Assembly: GCF_018350175.1 (NCBI RefSeq)
Contig: NC_058368.1
Span: 201,750,001 to 201,814,000 of the forward strand
DNA length: 64,000 nt
Direction: 5' to 3'
DNA from: Felis catus
Taxonomy: Eukaryota
A program made the position numbers and the translations under genes. The notes beneath the pieces are model-generated. The model saw nothing but the letters and a program-made list of their open reading frames with translations. It was not told the DNA's origin and ran no database searches. Below, piece after piece: positions 53,759 through 64,000 of the stretch (positions within the stretch are counted from its first letter, which is position 1; the number at the start of each line of letters is the position of its first letter).

Positions 53759-54911
53759 TTTCAAATCTACATACTAAAGGTGATACTTGCATTATTATCA
53801 GCCCTGATAGCATGAGTTGAAATTCAATGGCCCAGAATAAGGGAAGATCTCTCAGATGCCCTCCCCCCCCCCCCCCACCAAAAAGGAAGTACCTACTTTC
53901 AATACAAACAAGTAGAAATGTTAGTATTTCAAACTGATCAGTAGTTTACTAGTTTTTTACTTGTCAGGAAAGAACTACACAGGAAAGTAAGTATAGACAG
54001 TTCTAGACAGAAGAGGAAAATGGACTAGAAAATGTTTGAGCAGGAATTTGTTGCAGCATCATATATTCCATGCCAGGAGCAAGCGTGCTTTAGTCAAGGA
54101 CTTTAACAACAATCACGCACATATCTCTGCCCTGCCCTTCTTCTAGAGCTTTCAACATGGAGACAAGAGAACTAAGCTCACATTCCAGAAGAGAAGACAC
54201 ATCTTTCCCAACAATGAAATAAACTGTTGGTATAACACAATTTACATTATCCTTTACAAAGATAAAATGATGATGATGTTTGCCCACTAAACATTCAGTT
54301 AGTTTCTCAATAATACATATGTTCCTACTCTCAAGTCTTATTTTGATAATTTTTAAAGCTTTACTTTCAGCAAGTGATGTAAGAAGATTAAAGTAATGGT
54401 GTTCGTTTGTGTGACATTTAGGGAACTGGTTGAGTCAGCAGCTTCAGGCTTAAATATTATACTATAGGTCAAGTGCTCAGAATTCTAAGTAAACCATCTT
54501 GTCAACAGACATGAACTTGAAGGACCTAAGTCCAACTTTGATTATAACCCAGATGCATGCTTTATTTATGATATTAATACACCATATGGTATGAGCAAAA
54601 TTTTTCTTTTATACTGCCTTAGTCTAATGAAAAGAGCCAACTGCATATTTAAATAAAGTCTTGTTTCTCTCTTATTCTTTAATTGTAACCAAAAATAAAA
54701 GGGAGGTCACAAGTGCAATTCCAACAAGACCTTAACAGTGAACAGAGAACACCAAGTCACCAACATTAAATCAGTTATATATATTATTTCTATATTTCCT
54801 CCCCAAAGTTTAATGTCTAGACTTTTGTTCTCTGGGCAGTTTGCAACTAATTCAATATTATTTGATAAACATTTATTCGACAAATGTAGATACCTTTACC
54901 TTCACTGTTTT

Positions 54912-54982
54912 TTTGTGTTTTTTTTAAGCAAGCTGCACACCCAGCATGGAGGCTTCACCCACTGAGCCACCCAGGCACCCCC
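54912..54982 (-). mobile_element. Short internally deleted CAN-SINE
   Basis: ACTGAGCCACCCAGGCACCCC end plus T-tract; TSD ACCTTCACTGTTTT on both sides. Confidence 0.8.
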
Positions 54983-55345
54983 ACCTTCACTGTTTTCTAT
55001 CTAGGTTCAAGTCATAAACAGTTATAAAAAGTTTAAAGTGGTTACAAATGATTTACACAACATGCCAGGACTGGAAAGCTGAATACGATAGAAGAATTCT
55101 AAAAATGAAGTACGGCTTTGTTGAGGCAAGAAAACATGTTTTAAGAAAACACTATAAATTATTCAGAGAGATAACGACAATAAATACTAAAATACCACCT
55201 CACCAACTTTCTCAAAGACTTAAGATCTCCAAGATCGGGTTCTTTCCAAGATAATTTCTCGTGGAATATCCAGCACAATTCTTAATACCACCTGAAGACC
55301 CTTGCAAGATCCGATCTATCTACTTGCCTCATCCTAGCCTTGCCC

Positions 55346-55903
55346 TGTGTTCTCTCTGTGCTCAAACAAAAAGGACTCGCTTTATTTTCTACGCATGCAT
55401 CAGACACGAACACCACCCAACCACCCAACCGAGGTGAGATGTGCCTGACACTCCTCAGGCACTCTTGGTTGCTCAAGAACAAAGGAAAGCACAGAAAACA
55501 AATGGTTACATTGATAGAACCTCCATCAGTTTACAAATATCTTAGTAATATCACAAGAAAAAGGCAATCTTATCAACAGCCTAATCTCCAGAACTCCCTA
55601 CTATCTTAAGGATAATGCTTTGCGAAAGGGAAAAACCACTTTAGCTTAACAATAACTAGGCCTCCAACAATCTGTAAATCCTCTTTAGCAGAGGGAAAGC
55701 CCTTTAAGAAACTTCCTCTTGGCTTTACCTCCCCCAACTCCACAGTATTTAAGCAGTCACTCTGCACAGCCCCGTGTAGCTCTTCTGCCCATGGGTCCTG
55801 TTCCCAAGCTTTAATAAAATCACCTTTTTGCACCAAAGACGTCTTCAAGAATTCTATCTTGGCTGTCGGCTCTGAACCCCACCATCACTCCAAAAACCCA
55901 TTA
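55346..55903 (+). mobile_element. Solo ERV LTR (carnivore ERV1-like) inserted in an L2 remnant
   Basis: TATTTAA at 55746, AATAAA at 55813, and an R/U5-like CACCAAAGACGTCTTCAAGAATTC segment. Boundaries are approximate. Confidence 0.65.
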
Positions 55904-56469
55904 CTCCCACTCCTCTTTTGTCTTGTTAATTCATTCTCATCCTTCAGATCTCAACTGAAATGTCACCTCCTAGAAAGAAACATTGTGATCACCTCTCCCA
56001 GACTCAGATCTTACTATAGAGCAGTTACAGAGTTTGTAATTATATACTTATTTGCATGACATTAACATCTGTTTCTCCTACTAAATCTGTACGGTTCGAA
56101 GGCACTTCTAACCATAATATCCCAGCAACTACATACACCTAGTACACAGTAGGAACACTGTAAATGTGGAATGAATGGATATTGATAAATGTTTAAATCC
56201 TTTGGGATCTTCCAACTTGGAATAACATTCCTCACAAAATTACTTAGCAAATGTGATTTAGTTTACAATCTGAAGAGCACAGAAAAACATGGACTTTAGA
56301 ATATACCTTCACAAGCCATGTGAGCCTGAGAAAAAGAATTGGCTAACCTTCTGCTTATTTGTGAAGTGAGATAACATCTACTTCCTAGTATTGTCAAGAG
56401 GATTACATGGAAGATGATAAGTGTAAGAAAGCAACTTGTGTAATAAGAGGAGACAATCAATGAAAATAT

Positions 56470-56873
56470 TTCTCAACTTCCTCTCCTTTCCCAAAACTCA
56501 AGCATGAGAATATCCAAAATAATTCTGTGGTAGAGCTCTTCACTATCCATTCTACCCCTTCCCCTCCCGGCTGGATAGGGAAGCCCTTGGGTTTGCAAGA
56601 GGAGAATCCCTTCACCCAGGGTAGAAAAGAGCTGAGCAAATGGATAAGCCAATCAGATAAGCCTAGTTTCCCTGGTAGCCTAACACCCGTGGTAAACAGA
56701 GAAAGGCAGCAGAGCTTAGGTAATTTCAGAGATAGAGGCAGAGCCCTGATCAAACTAAACCTAAATTCCTTATCAATGAACTTCTCAATGAACAAATAAC
56801 TTTCCTTTTGCTCTTTTAAACCAGCATAAAATATTTTTTGTTCCTTACAACCAAAATCATCTTAACTGATACA
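56470..56873 (+). mobile_element. MaLR-like LTR remnant
   Basis: 3' end TTGTTCCTTACAACCAAAATCATCTTAACTGATACA. Confidence 0.5.
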
Positions 56874-57965
56874 TAGACCTATTAGACTTGTTGAGACGCT
56901 TTAATGTGAACATCTGCAAGCTATTTAAACTAAAAAACAACGGACGTATAGGCTTAATTTAATTTTGTGATTTTTGCCTAATCGTTACAAAGTATATACT
57001 TTAGTGATTTATTTAGGATTTTAAGTAATATTCATACATTTTATAGAATTGATGACCCAAAAACAATGGTAATAAATTAGATACTATATAACAAAATTTG
57101 TGAGTGCAAAGGTCTTATTTTATGGTCATTTTCTTTAAGGTACAGTATTTTTTTTCCCTTATGGATAAATGATTTTTTTAGTCCTTCATATGCATTTGGT
57201 TTGTTATTTTGTTTCAATATATATTCTAGAAAGTGGGATTTGAAAAGCTATAGTCCTAACCATTGTTTTTCTTGTTTGTTTCTAGACTACAGCCTTTAGG
57301 GAAGTTAGCAACTCAACAGGAGAGTGGGAATACTTGCAGACTGTAGAACAGTACTTCTAAGTTCTTGCTACAATCAATTAGCCTTTCACTCTTCATTAAG
57401 CTTTTGAAAAATGATTTGTTCTCGCAAGATTAATGTGGAAAGTATAATTATTTGAAAACAAGGGTACTGTATTTAAATCTGACATATTTTGGCCACAAAG
57501 TTAATTGATTACTAGATATTCAATTAACAAATGCAATTCATTCTTAAGCCAGTGAATATGTAACTAAAAGCCAGCCTCAAAGTAACAAATACATAACACA
57601 AAAATAGCCACGCAAATGGTTTTACCAAAGGAAAACGGCAGTTTAACAAAGTAGTTACAATAATAATACCAGTTTTGAATATATGTCTAAATTAAACACT
57701 AAATTAGTCTCTGGATTTTTCCTATGGGAGAAGACTTCATCAAGGCAGACTCCACTGACCCTAGATACAAGGAAATAAGAATTCCATAAGATTGAATTAA
57801 TGGATGGGTACCATTTAATTGCAGGTATTTTTTCAGATACTGTTGTTGCTTTTAATATTCTGTCTTCTAATGATATATGAGTAAGACTTTCATCTTTTTT
57901 TTTTTCCTTTTAAGCTATACCTTTCAATTTGGTGGACACTGCTGTTTCAAATTGAAACAAAACAC

Positions 57966-58024
57966 TTAAAAATGTTTATTTATTTTTGAAAGAGACAGAA
58001 AGAGCAAGTGGGGGAGGAGCAGAC

Positions 58025-58058
<34 letters not shown>

Positions 58059-58185
58059 TCCCAAGCAGGCTCCACACTGCCAGCACACAGCCCGACGTTA
58101 GGCTCGATCTCACAAACCATGAGATCATGACCTGAACCGAGATCAAGAGTAGGCCACTTAACCAAGTGAGCCACCCAGGCACCCC
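57966..58185 (-). mobile_element. CAN-SINE
   Basis: Reverse-complement SINE with (GA)n; TSD GAAACAAAACACTT. Confidence 0.9.
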
Positions 58186-60071
58186 AGAAACAAAACACTT
58201 TAAAAGAGCATCTAATTCTCACTGATCTCTCCAGATTTCAGAAACGAATAATGGGCATCCTTACTTTCCATGGCCATATAGTTCTTCCCATAGGTTTAGT
58301 AAGAATTTGCCCTCTCTTTTTGGCAGAATACTTTGGACAAATCAATTGTGTAACCAGAGCTACCCTGAGAATATCATATTTGAAAATGATTTTCGCATAA
58401 TCAGGAGTGACAACTACTGAAACACAAGGGTTCAGTTTTTAACAAGGGTTAAGTTTACAAATCTCCCCCAAGACAACTGGCCTAACACACCTGGCTGGAA
58501 GATAGGTTCCCGAAGTTAGAAGAAGGTAAGAAACATCACTGTCAGTCAGAACAGGAACCTTAGCAAATGTTGGGAGCCTCAACCAGACAGAAATTCACCC
58601 AGCTACACAGGTACTAAAGATGAAATCTCTTGGAGAGAGTTTCTTGCTTTTGTTTTCCTAGCCTCAGAGAAGCAAATAACAGAGGCTTTTAAAAGTCCAA
58701 TCCAAGGTTTATAATAAAAATTTCTGGAGAGAAATTAATTCTATCACCTCAACAGCTCATGGTTCTACATTAGCAAATCTAGAGGAGGCCTCTATGGCCA
58801 ATTAACACTCTAGCTGCAGTTTTTTTGGGGTTTTTTTTTGGATGAAGAATTACCTTTGTAAATTACTTGTGATCTCAGGAGGAAGACTAAAGAAAACTGT
58901 CAAAAACTTGAAAATGGGCATAAAAGATCCTGAATGTTTTCCACTGGCACACTGGGCATTCATTCTACAGTAGACCCTGAAGATTCTGATTCTAAAGGGG
59001 TTTCTGATTTACTCAGCGATCTTCACACCCTGCAGGGATAAAAGCTAAGCAGTAAAAGACTGAGCATAATGCAAATTACTCCCATTTATGGCATTACAAG
59101 TGAGTTTTCTTTCAGTAAAGAATATATATCTCAATAAGTTAAATGTGTGTGTACCCAGTTCTCATTTGAGCCATCTTTAGTGTGCAAATTTACACAAAAA
59201 AGCTCTGGTATTGACAAATGAATGCCTTATTTACTTCATATTAATATAGGCATTAAGCTGACCAAACCAAGTTTATAAATAGAGTTGACTTTGCTTCAAG
59301 TATTTTGGGATTGTGAGAAAGTTAAAGGTAACTAAAAGGTTCACAAGTAGGGGCTGGTTAAATAAATAATGGTATGTCTCTTGCAAAGGTGCTGGAGCCA
59401 CTGAAAGTAAAATCTAGAAAAAGTAAAAGTGCAATCTAATAATACTGTGACCCCATTTTTGATAAAAAAAAAACAACTTGGATTTAAATACCTTTATTAA
59501 TACATCTATTCCGAGTTGTATAGGACTTTTGAGGCGGGGAGAAGGGTATTAGGGTATGCTTTCTGGGGAGAAGGTTTGTTGGATCACTGATGGTTGTTAT
59601 TGCTGATGACGTCTGCTTTCTTTTCTTCCAAATTTTCCTGGAATAAACTTTACTAGCAGTAATCAAGTATAGTTATAGAGGAAAACTACTAGAATTAATT
59701 TATAAATTATATTTCACAATGCAAGTAAAAGTACATTCATTAATAAAATGGGAGCAATACCTCTGTATCTGTTGGCTAGATCTTACACATCTTTCAGGGA
59801 GCAGTTCACATTTTTACCTTCAAGAGCCCTTCCTCTCAACTTCACCCCACTCTGTCCAATCTGATGCAGACAAGATTTAAGACTCCTTACTAGACACTGT
59901 CATAGGGCCCTAGATGAACCCCTTCTAAAACTTTTCATAGCTATAACTGGGGTGAATATGAAATCAATGCTTCTTTCCCCTACTAGACCTAATTTCTCTG
60001 TCTTATCCACTGTTGTGAGCCTGATACTCAATATATGCATATTGCATCCTAAGAGGTACTCTTAGGATGTA

Positions 60072-60074
<3 letters not shown>

Positions 60075-60122
<48 letters not shown>

Positions 60123-60265
60123 TATGTATATATATAATATACACATATTATATATACATATGTATATGTATGTATACATATTACATATGTAATTGTATAT
60201 GTATATATACATATCACATAGGTAATATATACACATATATATGTATATATATAAATATACATATA
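60075..60265. repeat. (TA)n and degenerate TA/CA-rich simple repeat
   Basis: Seen directly; source of the spurious YIYI ORFs. Confidence 0.95.
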
Positions 60266-61693
60266 GCTCCCTTGCCATGGACAATGAATGACTCTTAAAA
60301 TATGGTAGAGTAACAAGTATGTTGTACCAAAGATAAACCACCTAAATCCAATTAACTTGAGTCTCTTTATAAGCCGGATTTTATGAGAGATGAGTAACAT
60401 TTGCCATTCACTCATGGAAAAGATTTTTTACGTATGTAATATTTTAAGGGATATAATTTGGCCTATAATGTGTCTGCATTAAACAAATCACGGTAATGGA
60501 ATTTTATCATACTGTATCATGTTGTGAAGTGAAAACAAAGAAGTCATACTGTCTGTGTTTATACATTATATGCAGAGGGTTCAAGGACATTCATCTGTAA
60601 TTCAACATGCTCAAAAATCATGAAAATATGACGCTTGGTATTTGCAACATTGATGATAAAATCTGAACAAACAATAAAGGGTACTTGAAGGTCTTGAAAT
60701 TTCAATATTTGCAGGCCATGCAAATATGTTTAAATAAATTACAGAAAATATTCTGTTCAGATAGTTCCCCAGGCACCAAACAAATGTACACTGAATCCTA
60801 TTATAGCACTACCACATGAGAGAAGCAGCCATCAATCTGGTTTATAAAAATGTTCTTCCAGTCACAACCAACCTTTTTGTTCATGATTAATTTCTATTAT
60901 AGCAATACATTATAGTGATACTAATAATATTAAGGCTCTAGAACATAGGTTTGTCTAACACTGGCTTCTTCATACATAATCTTGTTATAGTCTGAATTTA
61001 GGGTGGGCATAAATATCACACTGTCTCAGCTTCCCTTTCTAGGCAATGCATGGTTAAATCTGTGTCTAGGCATCCTTGATTTTGGCACTATGAATTTCAC
61101 GGAAGAAAACGGGAAAACTCCAGCACCCGTGGAAAAGTCACTTCTCTGTTTCTAAAAATAGGTAAACCTCTTGGCTTCATTTAAGTCAATGAAGAAATTT
61201 CTCAGGTTACAGAGAAAAGCAAAGAGAGAGAACAAGAGAGACAGAGCATTAACTGTTTTTGTTCAGTCAATCCGAGATGGAAATTTATACTAGGCATCCT
61301 GGGGACATTTGCAATATGGTTGAGAATTACACATTTCTAAGGACATGAAATAAGAAAAAAATCAGTTTTACCTAATTTTATATAACAGTAAATATACTAC
61401 TGACAAATTGTGACTTTTTAAAATGATCATGTAATTTTCAGCAAATAATTCACGTACATGCTGTCCTCTGTTATCACGTACAGGCTGACTATAGATGATT
61501 ATCATCGTTATAATCATCCAGTGATAGTCCAAAGCAAATGGAGAACTGGATACTCTATTTCTGCACCATCACAAAGATCTTTTCTTCTCTTCACTCTTTC
61601 TTTTCCTTCAGAGGGACAGTAAGAAGGAAAATGATAAAATTTCCGTCATGAGATTTCCAAACCCCCATCTCTACCCTCAAGAAATCCTTGATA

Positions 61694-61914
61694 GGGGCGC
61701 CTGGGTGGCTCAGTCGGTTAAGCATCCGGCTTCGGCTCAGGTCATGATCTCACAGTCTGTGAGTTCGAGCCCTGCGTCGGGCTCTGTGCTGACAGCTCAG
61801 AGCCTGGAGCCTGCTTCGGATTCTGTGTCTCCCTCTCTCTGGCCCTCCCTCATTCATGCTCTGTCCCTCTCTGTCTCAAAAATAAATAAACATTAAAAAA
61901 ATTAAAAAAAAAAA
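61694..61914 (+). mobile_element. CAN-SINE
   Basis: Full structure; TSD AAGAAATCCTT. Confidence 0.93.
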
Positions 61915-62022
61915 GAAATCCTTCATAAATTCTTAAGAATTTCACACATACCAATTGAAAAAAAACATATATATCCTTATGGGATCTTAAATAAAACCTC
62001 CATTTAAAAAAGAAAGGAAGAT

Positions 62023-62216
62023 AGGGGCGCCTGGATGGCTCAGTTGGTTAAGCCTCGTACTTCAGCTCAGGTCATGGTCTCATGGTTTGTGAGATAGAGC
62101 CCTGCACTGCCTCTGCTGTCAGCCCAGAGCCTGCTTTGGATCCTAGTCTTTCTCTCTCTCTGTCTCTCTCTCTGTCTCTCTCTCTCTCTCAAAAATAAAT
62201 AAACATTAAAAAAAAT
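62023..62216 (+). mobile_element. CAN-SINE
   Basis: Full structure; TSD AAGGAAGATA. Confidence 0.9.
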
Positions 62217-62635
62217 TTTCTTTAAGGAAGATAAAATTCAATGTTAAAAGCCTCTGTGTCACTTGTATCTGTCTTTTTATATTTAATACCATTATATGAT
62301 AGGTTCCCTCACAACTTTCCGAATGCTTCCAAAATTACTTTTCATAACAAAGTTCACTTAAGTTCATTTTCCTCATTAGAAGAGTTAATGTACAGTTAAT
62401 CAGTTAATGTACAGAGTGTGAGGAAAATAAGGAAATGCCCCAAATAGGACAAGGTCATTTAAGGATGGCTTTTGGAGGTTAAGTGTATAATACTTGAGAA
62501 CATACTAGAAATTGAAGAGGACTATAGATTTAAAGAAAAGATAAACAAGTGTGAGAACCAGATCTGTAGAGAACTGTAGGGCACCCGATCTGGTAGGAAA
62601 ACAAGTTATCATGCTGAATATTAAAATAAAGCCTC

Positions 62636-62753
62636 CAGGCACCTGGCAGGCTCAATGGGAAGAGCATGAGAATCTTGACTTTGGGGTCCTGAGTTCGAGC
62701 CTCAACATTGGGTGTAGAGATTACTTAAATAAAACTTAAAAAAATAAAATAAA
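62636..62753 (+). mobile_element. Short tRNA-derived carnivore SINE
   Basis: Same short type as 134-285 (…GGGTGTAGAGATTACTT); TSD AAAATxAAGCCTC. Confidence 0.82.
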
Positions 62754-64000
62754 ATGAAGCCTCACATGATAAGAAGTGATGGAAAATGATAGTAAGGATA
62801 TTAGATTCTACACTAGATATTGACAAAATACCCTTTTTTTGTGAGTAACAAATAACAAATTGTGAGGCTGTGAGTCAATAAATGATGAGTTGTTTTCTAA
62901 ATTATTTAACCCCATTATTTCTATCCCTGAATACAGTTCAACTAAAATTTAACCATAAATACTCCTATTAAAGCTTAATATAATCTTTCAAATATTGACT
63001 AATTATAAAATATTACATTCAAGTCAATCAGTCACAGAATTGTTTAAAAGCTTTTTAAAAAACTGCTCCATCATGAATTATTAAAAGAGTCTTTTTCAAG
63101 CAAAAGAAAATAATTTTCATAAAGTATGGATATTAGCAATTTGAATTTTCAGGTCTTTTTTAAAAGTCAAGTTGCCCACCAGAGAGTACAAGACACCATC
63201 TGTTAGGTCAGGAGCAAGTTTCTCGTCCATTTTAAATCAGTCTTCTATGACCATAGGTCACAGATAAAAAAAAAAAAAAACATCGCTATGAGAGAATCAT
63301 TCAGTTTCATTTCCACAGTTACCAAAAAAGAAAAAAGATACTATCTGCTGAGTAAAAACTATTGTATGTTGTTTGCATTTGTCATTGAAAGAAAAAATTT
63401 TTTCACTACTTCGCCCTCAAAGCCAATTTACCCAACAATATATCCAATGTTTCCAAAGCATCTGTTAAATTTGTTTTCATGCAAATATCAGTCTGCATAT
63501 CAACTGTTTCTATTCAGAATTTCTTTTTAACCCTGTTTAGCAAATCTTATAAAACCCTGTTTGCATTTATAGCAAGCACAAAACTGGTTTTAAAAATTGT
63601 AAGTACTATGTACTAATCTTTATGGATAAGTACTATCGTATGTTTTCTGTTTGTTAAGATTCTCTCCCATATTGTGTGCAGTTTATTTTTCCAGATTCTA
63701 GTTCCAACCTTTTCCAGGGGCAAGAACTTAATTATTGTCTATTTACTGTATTGTATTTCCACTGCCAGCAACAATAGGAAACCAATATTCTTACGCTCTC
63801 ATGCTAATAATCCCTTGAGAATGATGACAAAGATCAGTCTCTTCTCTGAACCCCCAGTGGCCAGGTGTATTTTGAAATTCAGAGTTATGCATATTTTAGA
63901 AAGGTAACAGAGTGCACATTTTACACCTTATCATCAAAAACAACACTATATCTGGAGAAATGCATGAACATTCCCACTATAAATAATATCGTGTCAGTTC

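Noticed and set aside
788..63907. The many 60-155 aa ORFs in the six-frame track
   Set aside because: Apart from 9259..9738 (a PARP8 exon) they derive from SINEs, L1 remnants, microsatellites or chance. They show no recognisable protein similarity or splice support, and many start at non-ATG codons.

Overview
This is mammalian genomic DNA from a felid, judged from feline-type CAN-SINE (SINEC_Fc) copies and a carnivore L1 3' end. It is AT-rich and dense in repeats. The whole window lies inside the PARP8 gene (ARTD16, a mono-ADP-ribosyltransferase) on the minus strand. Twelve consecutive internal coding exons (44532 down to 7136) have GT-AG boundaries and compatible phases. They join into one open frame from ...SVSYSVHVSEDYP to ...EPHVFQNGPMLR, about residues 49-525 if numbered from my recollection of human PARP8. 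The canonical first exons and the catalytic-domain exons lie outside the window. The introns contain about 23 CAN-SINEs, L1/L2/MIR fragments, MaLR/ERV LTRs and microsatellites. Most notable: (1) a candidate alternative first coding exon at 53676-53758 that splices in frame and adds an NPxY-bearing N-terminus; (2) a six-copy 22-aa KxHKLLxRxxS repeat with A/B higher-order structure in the 565-nt exon; (3) several readable mutational scars, namely a twin-primed L1 inversion, a 112-bp microhomology-flanked tandem duplication and a snap-back hairpin; (4) inverted SINE pairs flanking exons. I see no evidence of a wholly new multi-gene system. Almost all ORFs in the supplied track are spurious.
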